In this document: positions 23,164-35,329 of the stretch, one piece after another
Numbering within the stretch: the stretch's first letter is position 1
How the letters are laid out: each line of letters begins with the position of its first letter
Assembly: GCA_964019425.1 (NCBI GenBank)
Contig: OZ025794.1
Coordinates: 868,001 to 932,000, forward strand
Origin: Flectonema sp. DT1601
Taxonomy: Eukaryota
DNA: 64,000 bases
Direction of reading: 5' to 3'
Made by a program: the position numbers and the translations under genes
The notes under the pieces: generated by a model
Database searches by the model: none
What the model saw: only the letters and a program-made list of their open reading frames with translations
Told to the model about the DNA's origin: nothing

Positions 23164-24915
23164 CTACAGAACGTATGTTTGTAGCTTCTTTGTTGGAAGG
23201 AATCTCTTCGTCTTTTCTAAAACAAGTTCTTTTGTAATTGTAACAGTCGAGTCTTTGTGTTTATCAGCATCGTAGCTGATGTCACTGAGGACCGCTCGAA
23301 GGAGGGATCCAAGGACACGAGCTCCAGTGTTTTGAGTTTCTGCATTTACAGTGAAGGCGCACTTAGCAAGCGCTCTAACAGCATCGTCATTCCATTCTAA
23401 TGAAACGCCTTCAGTAGCAAGAAGATCAGTTTGCTGTTCAATCATTGGGTACTTGTTTTTTGCTAAGATTTTGTACAGATCATCTTCTGAAAGGGAATTG
23501 ATTTGAACTCTAACTGGAAGTCTACCGAGAAGCTCAACCATCATGTCGGTTGGTTTACAAGTAGCGAATGCACCAGCGCAAACAAATAAGATGTGAGTCG
23601 TATCAATAATTTGTTTGTGTTCATCCGATTTCTGCATTTTAAGTGACATCGTACGCTCGTCTCTAACACGACCAACATCTACACGAGTTCCTTCAACGAG
23701 TGTTAGGAGTTCCTTTTGTACGTCAGAGTGAACCCAGTCTCTGGATTCCTTCTTGTGAACGACTTTATCGATCTCATCAATACAAACAATTCCCCAGTTC
23801 TCAACTAATTCTTTGACTGGATTACGCTCTGGAGCGAATTGATATGAAATGAGTTCACTAAAAACTCTTTTTTCAATATTCGACAACAAATCGAAAACTG
23901 TTCCGGTACACAAAGACCGACCATCACCTGCATCTCCTCCAAAGATGAGCTGCTGAAGAGAAGATGTACTTTCAGTACTTTTAAAGGCTCTAATGATGAC
24001 AATATCTTCTGTTGATCCTCTCTCTGATGAGATGGGTTGTCTCAACTCAGGGTAAGTTAGAGTTGGTTTTGTTGGACAAGCCTCCAACTTCAGAATGTGT
24101 TTTCTAATCAAATCTTTTGCCTTATCCGCTTCCATAGCGAATATCTCTTCGATATCGTAACCTTCAATGTCTTGTAGTCGGGAATGGAATTCACGTCCTT
24201 GTCTTTTTGAATCTTCGTTAGGCTTTTCAAATACAGTCATCGTAGTAGTGTCAACGTCACTTGTAATTGGTTGACCTGAAGACGACACAACTATTACTTC
24301 AGGATGATCTCCTTTCCTCGCTAAGTTCTTAAGGATATCAGGAACTGGTAGGTTTACCTTTCCCGTTGGTTGTGCTGGTGTTGGTGGCGGAGGACTGCAT
24401 TTTGCGAGTATTTCGTTGTAGACGCAGGCGACGAGGATGTCAAGAGCAGCAGCTCTGCAAACTATTTTTGTAGCATCTTCATAGCTCTTCTTACACATCG
24501 TGTCAGCCGCATCATAAAGGTCGACGATGATCTCTGAAACAGAAGCTCCAACGATTCCTGACCGGGTGAATGTTGAAGCGTCAACTTTAACAAATGGTGC
24601 TTTAAGTATTTTAGAAACCCTTCGTATGATTTCTGTTTTTCCACAACCACTCGGGCCGCTAATCAACATGTTCTTAGGTACTATTTCCTTACTCTTTTCT
24701 ACAGGAAGTTGCACTCTTCTCCATCTCTCTCTCAGAGCTACTGCTACTTCCTTCTTAGCATCTTGCTGACCAATCACATAGTCACTTACTGCATCCACAA
24801 TAGACACAGGTGCTAATGTTTCTCCTTCAGTTGATGCAGCTAAAGCTAAATTATACGAATTCTTGAAATTACGTCTTTGAATGAGCCTGCGTCCACTGCT
24901 TTTAGCTACCCACAT
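23164..24915 (-). CDS. HSLU: HslU (ClpY) ATPase subunit of the HslVU protease, probably mitochondrial
   Basis: YVIGQQDAKKEVAVALRERWRR, PKNMLISGPSGCGKTEI, GIVCIDEIDK, ELLGRLPVRV, NTGARVL, C-terminal LQTYVL. Basic N-terminal presequence-like stretch. Confidence 0.92.
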   Translation of the reverse strand: MWVAKSSGRRLIQRRNFKNSYNLALAASTEGETLAPVSIVDAVSDYVIGQQDAKKEVAVALRERWRRVQLPVEKSKEIVPKNMLISGPSGCGKTEIIRRVSKILKAPFVKVDASTFTRSGIVGASVSEIIVDLYDAADTMCKKSYEDATKIVCRAAALDILVACVYNEILAKCSPPPPTPAQPTGKVNLPVPDILKNLARKGDHPEVIVVSSSGQPITSDVDTTTMTVFEKPNEDSKRQGREFHSRLQDIEGYDIEEIFAMEADKAKDLIRKHILKLEACPTKPTLTYPELRQPISSERGSTEDIVIIRAFKSTESTSSLQQLIFGGDAGDGRSLCTGTVFDLLSNIEKRVFSELISYQFAPERNPVKELVENWGIVCIDEIDKVVHKKESRDWVHSDVQKELLTLVEGTRVDVGRVRDERTMSLKMQKSDEHKQIIDTTHILFVCAGAFATCKPTDMMVELLGRLPVRVQINSLSEDDLYKILAKNKYPMIEQQTDLLATEGVSLEWNDDAVRALAKCAFTVNAETQNTGARVLGSLLRAVLSDISYDADKHKDSTVTITKELVLEKTKRFLPTKKLQTYVL

Positions 24916-25579
24916 TTATTATTATTATTTTGTGTTGACTTCAAGTGTCTACTTCTAAGAAAATAATTGTAAAATAATACAACACATCTTAAGGGATCTC
25001 ACTGATGATTCTCAACTCTCTATAAACATATATCTCTGCGATTTGTATGAAATAATAATAAAGCATTTTAGTTTCGCTACAACAATAACAGACAGAGTCA
25101 CATTGGTCAAAATGTGTGCACACACGGGGAGTGAGGGTCTTGGAATAAGTTTTCGTGCATATCAGAATGGAGGAAGTCAATAAATCAACAGCAGCTATCG
25201 CCAGTAGTGGTTATATTGCCTACCTCTATCAACAAGGTGTACGCTCTTTTCACAATTTCTTTTTTTTTTTTTTTTTAAATATTATTTTAGTTTGTTTTCT
25301 CTTTTTTTAAAGTTTTTTTTTAAAAGATAAGTCCGCAATCTTTTTTTTTTTTTCCGTCTTTTTTTATTTTGTTTTGTTTTTCCGCCTAATAAAAAAAAAG
25401 AATAAAAAACGCTAACAACCAGCGTAGATAAATTCTTTTCGCGGAAGTTCTCTTTCCCATCCTATGTTGTCGATCCGTAGACTGTGCTGCTTACTCACAG
25501 AAAGTCTTCGGATTAACGATAGTAGTTAGAAAAATTATAAGGGCAATTACTTTTATTTTTTTTCGTTTCCTAAATCGCT

Positions 25580-26230
25580 CTACTGTTTCTTCTTTTCATC
25601 ACCAGAGTTCCAGTACATGAAGAACTGAAGAATAATAATACCTCCGAGTACAGCATTAATGACGTAAGCAGCAGTCATGACTGGATCACCAACCTGAGAT
25701 ATGGTTGTAAAGATACGAGCGGCAGATCCTCCAAAGTTCAAAAACCAAGTAAGAAACGCTGCAGAACCAGTGCTCTTAGCACTGTGAAATGCCATGATTT
25801 GTGGAACTTTAGAAAGAGCACCCATTGGAACTACTGCAAAGTAGAATAACATGTACAGAGGAATACCAGAAACTTCAATTGAGGTGAAAATACCCGTGTA
25901 GAAAGCCCACGAGTACACACCCAAGGTAATGAGAATCAGTAGATAAAGAGGACTAAATAAGTTACCATTGTAGTACATCAACATTAAGAATAGCACCGCG
26001 CATTGAACTCCACAAATTCCGTTCTCTGCGAATGTTTCAATTGGCATTTCCTTCACAACTCCGTAGCAAAAACTGGTGGCAAACATGAAAATCTCCATAA
26101 CAGTAGTGACGGAGCTGACGCCCTTTGTGCTTCCTGCTCCGAAGATTTTAAAAATTTGAGGAAGTTTCAAACTCACACTTCCACCTACGATTCCATAGCT
26201 CAGCATCTTGGATATCATTTCCGCATTCAT
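25580..26230 (-). CDS. MPDU1: MPDU1/Lec35-like PQ-loop membrane protein
   Basis: LSYGIVGGSVSLKLPQIFKI and KVPQI PQ motifs, KSTG, GSAARIFTT, C-terminal KKKQ. Confidence 0.88.
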   Translation of the reverse strand: MNAEMISKMLSYGIVGGSVSLKLPQIFKIFGAGSTKGVSSVTTVMEIFMFATSFCYGVVKEMPIETFAENGICGVQCAVLFLMLMYYNGNLFSPLYLLILITLGVYSWAFYTGIFTSIEVSGIPLYMLFYFAVVPMGALSKVPQIMAFHSAKSTGSAAFLTWFLNFGGSAARIFTTISQVGDPVMTAAYVINAVLGGIIILQFFMYWNSGDEKKKQ

Positions 26231-26576
26231 CTTACTTGTCAGTGGGAGGGGACTGTTGCTGTGGAGATAATGAAATGTTAGCTTTCTCTGATACTAATAT
26301 TAACTATTAAGAGGAAGTTACCTCGTTGCTGGTGTCCGTTCGTATCCACCTGCTACAACAAACAACATTTTTTAAATGCAATGGGTTTTTGTACATTCCG
26401 TTATTTTTTTTCTGCTTATCTACATTCTATATTTTTCTATCTTTCTTTTTATTTCAGCTCTTTTTCTTTTTTTTTTTTGTCTTTTTTTTCCCCCCCTCAT
26501 TTTACATTAAAAAATAAAAGATACAAACAGAGGTTCGATGTGACAGAGTTACTTAATAAGTTTCGTATAACATTAA

Positions 26577-28316
26577 CCCATTAAGGACGGGGGGTCCACT
26601 ACAGTGGTTATTTTGAAATTTTATTTTCGCTAAGGGGAAAACCCGGCTAACGCTACCCAGGGGGGGTGTAATCGAGGCCGTTTCGCGACGAATCTTGGGT
26701 GGGATGGCGTGGTTCGCTGTGTTTTTATTCATGAAATTCAAAACTAATAATCGAAATTTTACCACCTAACAAGAAGTTTCGTGTGCCTGTTGAAATTGAT
26801 ACAAGTTCGGCGTCCTATGAAAGTCTGATGATGATGGATTCTGTATCGGAGTCGTCATCTGACAGCAACACAGCAAAGGTATCAAAGTGGGAGGGGCAAA
26901 ACCAAGAGAATCCCCAGGGAAAAACGGAAAGGACCTACCCAGAGTGTGAGCGACTTTAATGAAATGAGTGAATTGAAGGCATCCAACTCATTTTCACTGA
27001 TTATGTGCTTAAAATGATATTTCGACACACTCTTGTCTACCCGATTGACAAAGAGACGTCCATGAAGTCACTAGAAGTTGGTGAACTGAAATGCTTTCTC
27101 CGTAATTTCTACACTGCTAACAAACACATTCCTGCTTCTTATGTTCATAGTCTTGTTAAACCCCATAATAATAAAGGGCATTGGGTGACGTTTGACAATT
27201 TCAATTCGTCATACGCATTTCTTGTTTTGATGTTAGCGAAAGGGTTCCACTGTGTTGGAACAGCCTGACGGAACAGAAAGGGAGTTCTGTTGATGTTACA
27301 AAACCGAAGGCTACCCCTGGACCGGGACGACTAAGCAAATCGGAAGTGAAAGAAAGACCGAAGAATCTTTCTGCTTCTTACCTTCAGTCAAGCACGGCAT
27401 CCACCATATAAAGTGGAGAGACTCAAAGGATGTGCATCTTTTCAGTACTCTTCCCTTACGTGAGCACTGTGTCGATGTATATCGCTGGATTAGGAAGAGA
27501 AATAAAAAAGAAAAAGTGCCGATCAAACTACCGTGCAAGTAGACAGGTACACCAAAACGATGGGAGGTGTTAACCTGATGGATAGTGTGAAGGGAAGGGC
27601 GAACAGAAACCTTCAAACTAAACGATGGCATCTAAAGGTTTTCGACTACTTGCTGAAAGTTTCAATGTTCAACACGTTTACCCTTCAAAAGAAATGCGGT
27701 AAGGATACTGGTACCTACATACGGTATGTAGATGAGCTCGCTATGCAACTCGTCAGTGACGGGACGTCGAGAGACAAGACAACCAATACTACATCTACTA
27801 TTGACTCGGGTTCGCACTTTTCACACATGTTCAGCACCACTGAGCACTATCCATCAATATTTGGCGCTGCTAAACAATGTAAGTATCACAATACTCGAGT
27901 GAGGACTACTTATGGATGCCAGGGGTGTAAGGTTTTTATGTGTCCTGCACCCTGTTTTGGCAAATACCACTTAAATCTTACAAAGGGGAGAACATTTGCG
28001 TCCCATACCACCACCTCTGTGTCAGGAGGTGCGATCCGGGAAGAATGTACGAAGGGGAAGACCCCTGCACTGACAACAACATCAAAATTGAAGAGGCGCA
28101 AGGAGTCATAAGAACTGAGCTTATTTTTGTCTTTGGTGGTGTTTTCATTTGTTCTGTTCACCCTTTAGGTGGTGAATGTGTGTGTATTTTTAACGGGCAG
28201 GCAATGGCGGTTCACTTTGTCACATCACCTTTCCGAGCCCCCCTACCCCTTTTCCCCGTTAGCTCTTTTTTCAAAAAAAGTCAAAAAACCCGGGTTTTAC
28301 CCCCGTCCGTAATGGG
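26577..28316 (+). mobile_element. Internally deleted piggyBac DNA transposon (1740 bp)
   Basis: TTAA at 26573-26576 and 28317-28320. TIR CCCATTA(A/C)GGACGGGGG (17 bp, 1 mismatch). Transposase remnants inside. Confidence 0.93.
27005..28111 (+). pseudogene. piggyBac transposase remnant (stops, frameshifts, deletion)
   Basis: HWVTFDNFNSS...GFHCVGTA*RNRKG, WRDSKDVHLFST, VDRYTKTMGGVNLMD, RWHLKVFDYLL and the Cys-rich tail CKYH...YGCQGCKVFMCPAPCFGKYH. Confidence 0.9.
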
Positions 28317-28490
28317 TTAATAAGTTTCTTTCATCATGAAGTTTCCCCTTCCAATGATTAGCATTCATGTCAGATCCTTACTAACGCTACGCATAATTAG
28401 GATGTGAATTTCACTTTTTTCTTTCTTTCTTTTTTCTTTTTTCTTTTTCCTTTTTTTCCCCCCCGATAAGTAATATAAGGTTTTCACAGC

Positions 28491-30338
28491 TCAACCCTCT
28501 ACGGAAGACAATTTGTTACCAAGTAGACCCATGTTAGTAGTCGGAAGTGCTTTTTTTCTTGTATCAAGAACATTTACGGTTTCTTTCAGGTACTGTCGTG
28601 CACGAATTATAGAAACCTCCCTATCAACGAAAGAATTTGGATGCAGAGAAGCTAAAGAGGCATAAAGCAGACACTCACCCATTCTGGTAAGAAGGACAGT
28701 CGGGTCTTCCTTATCATTCCAGGGAACTGCGTTGACGACGTCACCAGAAAGCATGCTATCAACGCAATCGCTGAAGTACTTTTTATGCTTAACAACATCT
28801 GACATGTGAGCCAGGGTCCAGAAGTCTCTGCTTCCTATTATGTTACATAAAGACTGATTAAATATGTTGACTAACTCTAGGTTTGGTATTTTACAAATAA
28901 AATACCTATTCTCATCAACCATCGCCCACCTGTTAAAGTAGTCATATAGAGTGCACGTCGTTTTGTTCAAGCCTTTTGCTGGTATTACTTTATCATAAAC
29001 TCCTTTCTCTAAACCTTCTAAATGACTTTTCAAAGGTGAGATCCCAGCTGTGAATTTAGCTTTGGGAGAAGCAGAAATCTCAGCGGCTACTTCAGGGGTG
29101 GCAATAATATTTCTAGTCCTCCCTGCAATCTTTCTATTTAGAGTTGGATTCGATGCTGGGCTTGGTGTTGCAATATAGAGTTTCGCTATGTTTACGTTTA
29201 GTACGTTACGGGATAGGATACTTTTCTCAATCACGAGAACTGAACCAGGATGCTTTCTACTAAGTAATGCAACAATAACCTCCAATGGTAACTTCTCGGA
29301 TACAGCAGTAATTCTTCTTCTAATGAAATGATTTAGATCGGGTAGCTGCGATAAATCATCAATAGCGATCACATCATCAGCCTTAAGAATCTCATCACAT
29401 AACAAAGAAAATGGACTATCTGACTTTGGTGCAATCTTTTTAATTTTCCAGTAAGGATCAGCTCCTTTTGAAAGGGGGTAATACTTAGAGAAATAAGGGC
29501 CACCGCAAGCCTCCGACAAATTCTTTATCACTGGTTCTCCTGCCGTATCACCTAATACATGAAGTGTTGAACAAGCGATTCCCAAAATCGGAAAAGTCCA
29601 TCTCCAACCCTCAGTCTCATGAGAAGCCATATCCCCATCTTCAATCACAGCACAGTCAACAACCGTTTGAAAACAAATCTCACCTAAAGTACAGCACGTG
29701 TGGGTTGCATCTGGATGCATTGTTCTTGTCGTTGATGTGATTAAATTACAAGGAACACCACTTTGTAGTAGTGATTGCCATACTTGTTCTACTTGAATAG
29801 GATCGTTACTCACATATAAACCTCTTTTAGCTTTCCAAAGAGCTGCGAAGGCGCAGACATGTCGATGGGCATGAGGGTTTCCTGCATGATAAATAATAGA
29901 CCTCCCTATTGCACGACTTTTTGGAAATGACATCTCCGGCATTACAAAATTTATCGAATGGAAAATATCGTCTGTGTACTCCTTACCTGTACCTACTAAC
30001 TCAGTATGCAGTTTCTTTGCTTTTATCAGTTTGCTGTTGCAGTATTTTATTGCTTTTGGAGATAGCGGTGCGAGAGTTTTGTGTATTTGTTTCCTCTCAT
30101 TATTTCTAATTGGCTTGCTTATGAATTCTTGTATTTTTATTGGGTTTAATATCGACGGTATACGTTTACTAGTCAATAAGTTTCTTGTAACCTTATGTCC
30201 TGGCCATTCTTTCGGTTTAAACGTCGCGGATTTTGAAGGTGCTTTGTACGATTCTTCTTTCGCAATTGCGATATCGACATCTCCTACTATGCTGTTTGTG
30301 GAACAATATCTACGAACCTGTCTGAGCAACAGACGCAT
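28491..30338 (-). CDS. SUV3-like mitochondrial RNA helicase homolog with degenerate ATPase motifs
   Basis: Presequence-like MRLLLRQVRRY. SUV3-like order PEMSFPKSRAIGRSIIYHAG...KRGLY...GVPCNLIT...HTCCT...DCAVIEDGDM...GWRWT. The GPTNSGKT and DEIQ motifs are replaced. Confidence 0.72.
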   Translation of the reverse strand: MRLLLRQVRRYCSTNSIVGDVDIAIAKEESYKAPSKSATFKPKEWPGHKVTRNLLTSKRIPSILNPIKIQEFISKPIRNNERKQIHKTLAPLSPKAIKYCNSKLIKAKKLHTELVGTGKEYTDDIFHSINFVMPEMSFPKSRAIGRSIIYHAGNPHAHRHVCAFAALWKAKRGLYVSNDPIQVEQVWQSLLQSGVPCNLITSTTRTMHPDATHTCCTLGEICFQTVVDCAVIEDGDMASHETEGWRWTFPILGIACSTLHVLGDTAGEPVIKNLSEACGGPYFSKYYPLSKGADPYWKIKKIAPKSDSPFSLLCDEILKADDVIAIDDLSQLPDLNHFIRRRITAVSEKLPLEVIVALLSRKHPGSVLVIEKSILSRNVLNVNIAKLYIATPSPASNPTLNRKIAGRTRNIIATPEVAAEISASPKAKFTAGISPLKSHLEGLEKGVYDKVIPAKGLNKTTCTLYDYFNRWAMVDENRYFICKIPNLELVNIFNQSLCNIIGSRDFWTLAHMSDVVKHKKYFSDCVDSMLSGDVVNAVPWNDKEDPTVLLTRMGECLLYASLASLHPNSFVDREVSIIRARQYLKETVNVLDTRKKALPTTNMGLLGNKLSSVEG

Positions 30339-30942
30339 ATTGTTAATATTTTTATCTGAATAGATGTATTTTATAAATAAATTGTTACAAAAACAGTACT
30401 ATGTCACTACCAATTGATTTAGCAGAGATACCTCACTAAACGTTTAATAATTGGATTGATACTTAACATTATTAGGTCTTACCTGTTGTAATAAATTGTT
30501 GCTAAAATAGTACCACTTCACTGCCATTGATTTACTTATTTGTGTATCTCACAACGGTATCTAGACAAGTGGGGGGGGGTTTTTTTTTTTATTATTCTTG
30601 TAGTTATTATTATTACTATAATTTTTTTTTTTTTTTTTTTTTTCCGTTTTTTCTTATTTTAGTAACTTGTGGCCAAAAAAAAAAAAAAAAAAAAAAAAAA
30701 TCGGAATTGAAAAATACAAAGATGTCATTATCTCCCAGTGGTTACAGTTGCCCCACAAGCAAAAGCCGAGTGAAAACTAGACCAAAGATAATAATCTGGC
30801 TAAGGCTACTCCATTCTAAAAACACAACATCAACTAACCTATAAATATATATGACAAAACTATTTTAAAAAGGGGGGGGGAAAACATAACATAAATGGAT
30901 GGGGTGACTTTGGCTTGCCTCAACCAGAGTACATGCTTCAAG

Positions 30943-33900
30943 CTATTGCTTAAGTTCCTTTAGCTTCCTAAGAGCTGTTTGTAATTGGCTTATTCGAAGT
31001 TTTAATTTTGCTTGTGTTTCTTCTTGAGCTCCCATTAATTTAATGTTACTTAACTGACTATGATAGAGTTCTGCTACTAAGTGCTCATCAGGCTTGTGGG
31101 ATTCACTGCGTTTTTTTTTTTTTGAAAATTTAAGTTTTAAAAAAAAAAGAATTTTTCACATACAGCTCTTTTATATTTAGCGTAAGGTCCTCTATAGTTT
31201 TCTCAAAGGTTTCAGTGTCCAATCGTTTTTCTTCTGTTTTGATTGATAAATCTTGTTCCAAATGATCAACCTTACCTTCGAGAGTATTTATTACAATTTG
31301 TTCTTTACTAAGTCGTGACTGAAGCTCATCACTTGAAGTAGTTTGTTGTCGCAACTCATGCTCTAGTTGTTTTATTTCCTCTTGTAGAGTTGATTCCGAT
31401 TCGTCTTTTGCGGAGTTTAAGTTATTGATTTCGTCTTCTAAGCTGCCGATTCGTTCTTGAAGAAGATGCTCGTTGTTGGGGGTTGTGGATGTCTGTTCTT
31501 CAAGAGTAGTGATTAGATTATTCTTTTCCTTTAGTTTCTCTCTCAGTAATTGTAATTCAGATGCCAGTTCTTCTATCTGACTATCAGAATCAGGTGTCGC
31601 TGATAGTGCTGCTGCATTCCGAGCAACCTCTGCTTCCAACTCTTCGATTTGTTGCTTCTTTGTATTCTGATCATCACGTAGCGTTTGCAACTCTGTTTCA
31701 AAAGATTGAGAATCTTGACGAGCTTTTTGACTTGCTTCTTTATGTAGTTTATTATCATCAGTTAGTTTTTGAATATGAGCTGCTTCAAGTTGCATTGCCT
31801 GCTGACATTCATCAAGTTCTTGTCGAAGTCTATGTTCTGCATCAGAGACTTGACTACGAGGAGAACCAGAAACAGGAGAATCCTTATCAAGTTGAAATAA
31901 TTGTATCTGATGAGTCTTTGCTGTTAGTTCTGATTGTAGTCTGAGGATTTCATCATCAGCCGTTGATAGCTTTTCTTTAGTACACGCGTGTTCTCTTATT
32001 AGTTCTTCGACATCGTCATTTGAATATTCACTCTTTGCAACTTTTTCTCTCAAATGATTATTTATAATTTCGATGTCAGTTAGTTGCTGATCCTTTGCTG
32101 CGCAGTCAAACCGAAGACTTGTTAGCTGCGATCGAAGTGCTTCTAAGTCTCCAGTGTTCGGTGAGGTTTCTTTATTGGTAACTTGGCTGTTTAACCCTTC
32201 CAGTTGTTCCTTAATGTCTTTAATGGTATCTGTTTTCTCGGATACTTCAGCTTTCAGCTGCTCCACTTGGTCCAGTAGTTCCCCGTCTTCCGAGTTGGAC
32301 TCATTTTTCAGATCCCGAAGTTCTACTACTTGTTGTTTAAGGTCGGTCACCTGAACCCTCAATTCTATTTCCTCTGAATCTGATTTGTTTTTGGCAGTCT
32401 GAAGCTCATCGAATTGCTGTTCAATAGATGTGATTTTGTCTGCTTTGATTGTTATATTACTTTCTAGGCGCTCAACTTGATCGTTGAGATCTGTAATTCT
32501 TTGCTCAAGAGATGATACGGTTTCAGTTCTTTCTTCCAACTGCTTTCGCAGATCTCCTTCTTCCAAGTTTGAGCTGTCTTTTGAATCTTGAAGTACAGAG
32601 AGTTTGTCTTCTAAAGCGATGACTTCATCAGCTTTCTCAGTCAGGTTAACTTCTAGTTGATTAATGCAGTCACGGAGTTCCTTACTTTCGGTACTGAACT
32701 GTAATTCCATGGACTGGATCTTTATTGTCTTGTCTGAGGATTGAACTTCCGTTTGAGACAACAGCTGTTTGATGAATTCTAATTCAGAAGTCTTTTCAGC
32801 CAGTTTCTCATTCACCTCTTCGACATTCGCAGTATCTGTAGTAATAGTTGTAAGAGAGACTATCTTCTCATTTAAGTTGTCGATTTCTTCGCACTTGCGC
32901 TCAAGCTCTTCATTTAGACCAGTGTTTAGCTCACCAAGGGAAACTTGTAGGGAATCTAAGTGAGATATTTTATCATCCTTTTCACTGCCAGCTTCCTTCA
33001 ACACTTCGATACGCGATGTCAGATCAGTTAATTGTTTCTCAAGGGAGTCGTTGGATTGTAATTCGATTACTTGAGATCGTAACTCGTCAATTTCTTTTTG
33101 TCTTTCTTCATTTTCGGAAATTTGAACATCAAAAGACTTTGTCTTATCAGTCAACTGTTGCTCTATTTGTGTTATCTTTGATTCCAAATCTGAAACGCGT
33201 TGGTTCGATTCCTTGAGAGAGACAGTCTTTTCTGTTAGCTCAGTTTCGTGGGTCTGCATTTCAGACAAAACCTGTTCAAGTGCATTGATTCGCTGGGTTT
33301 TTTCAGAGTCTAGGTGAGATAATTGCTCCTCATGACGCTCATTGACGGTGTTTAGCTTTTCTCTTAACTCCTCAAGTTCATTTGTGAGCTGACCATTTAG
33401 AGATTCGTGTCTCTCAATATTCGTTTCAATTGTCAGTACGATGGCCTCTTTTCCAGTTAGACTCTCTTGAAGGTCTTCAGTCCGTTTAATGAGGTGAGTA
33501 ATTTGATTTGTTTTATCAAAAATATTCGCTTCTAAAGCCTTAGTCTTTGCTTGTAAGACTTCATTTAACTCCCCAGCCTCAAGAGCAGTGTTCAGACGTT
33601 CTTCTAAGTTTGTAATTTCTTCCTGAAGTTCTACAGAATGGCTTTCATGGTTTTCAAGTGCTTCTTGTAAGTTATCAGCTTCTCGTTCTTTGGTAGTCAA
33701 ATTGTGATACAATTCCTGTATACGTTGCTGCGTTGAGTCTAATTGAGAAATTACTTTAGCGTGTTGTTTTTTGCTTGCTGCATATTCATTCTTAAGAATA
33801 CAAAAATCATCTCGTTCTTGATCAGCGCTTATTAGTTGAATTTCTAAGCTGCCTTTCTGTTCTAACAAGTTGTCGCATTCGTTGTTTATTTCATGGAGTT

Positions 33901-35329
33901 GCTCACGAAGTTTTTTTGAATCAGATTTTGACGTTGCTAATGCTGATGTAGCTGATTGTACTTGGGCTTCTTTCTGTGAAACAGTTGCCTTCAGTTCTCT
34001 TACAAGTCTATCTTTTCTCGATGACTCTACTTGGGCAGCAGTTGCTTCTGCTTCTTTGCTAGCGATTTCTGATTGTAAATTTGAGGTATTTTGTAAATAT
34101 GTTTTTTCAGAATCATTGAGTTTTTGAAGTAACGACTTTACTTCATCCTCGTCAGTTGCTTTTAGTTTCTTAATAGAAGACTCTCTGGACTCAGCCTGTG
34201 ATAGTTTCTGCTTTAGAGTTTGTATTTCGCCCGAGAGTTTTGCCTCACTGGATTCATATGTTTTTAGCCTTAACTTTGTACCAGCTAGCTCTTGGTTTAA
34301 CTCCGAAACTGTAGCAGTAAGTGATGCACCTTTAAGGGTGTCAACACCTTTTTGATTTGATACTAATGTTGGAATCATTGCCTTTAATTTTTGTAATGTT
34401 TCTTGAGTCTCATTCTCAGATGCAAGCAGCTGGCTCTTTGTTATCATCAGTTTGTTGCTGTGGTGAAGGTAAAACCTGCCAAAGTATTTTCTCATAAGAT
34501 TCTTAGCATCGAGGTGCGATGCTAGAAGTGATACCTTTGCGAGTTTTCGTTCTTGTTGTCTCCTGATAACGAAATAGCCAAGCCTGTGAAGACTGCGCTT
34601 CATTAAACAATTTTCATACTGTTGTTCCACCGAAGGGTTTCGACACGCCGGTTTCACCGTAGTGTGTGCAGCGTGTATCTCCATTGTTAGCTGTGAAATC
34701 CTTTTTTCGAGTTTTTCAACTTGTTTTCTGTGATCTCTACTACTTGCTATACTAGTCATTGCAGAACCATTCTCAATTATACCCTGACTGGCATGATTGA
34801 TGTGACTACTCACATTATTAGCTCCACTGTTTGCTGCAGATACCGATTGGTATTTCCGTTTGAGAGATGAGTATTTTGTTCTAATTTCTCGATACTTTTT
34901 TTTTTCGGATGTGATGGCACCTTCTGCCTGAATTATTTGAGATTGAAGGTCTCGGGATAAAGCTTGCCAACTCCTGGCATTGTTGTCACTTTCAACGAGT
35001 TCAGACTCAAGATCGCGAACTTTTGAATTCAGTCGCTTAGTTGCAAGTAGATGTAGTTCTTCCTTATCTGATAGCTCACTTCGGAGTTTCGTCGTTAATC
35101 TTCTGGCAGAGTCCTCCCTGTCGAAGCTTCGAACTAATTCGTTGGCATCACTGTTGACATCTCCCCACATTCTTGGACTCGGTGATCTGAGTGAGCTTCT
35201 CAGTAAACTACTTTGCAGCTTTTCCAGTATTGGGCTATTCGGGTGAGATCCTGAACCATAGCCAGCCCATGTGCTCTTCCGAAAGGTACCCCCGAAGCCG
35301 AGGTCGCTGCGGGCTCCGTCGTCTTCCAT
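30943..35329 (-). CDS. Very large coiled-coil protein, two exons (35329-31164 and 31105-30943)
   Basis: About 1400-aa heptad-rich ORF. A 58-nt intron GTATGT...AAAACGCAG (31163-31106) extends the frame to ELESHKPDEHLVAELYHSQL...LKELKQ*. Confidence 0.85.
31106..31163 (-). other. Spliceosomal intron (58 nt)
   Basis: GT-AG ends; removal gives an open coiled-coil-like terminal exon of more than 50 codons. Confidence 0.82.
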
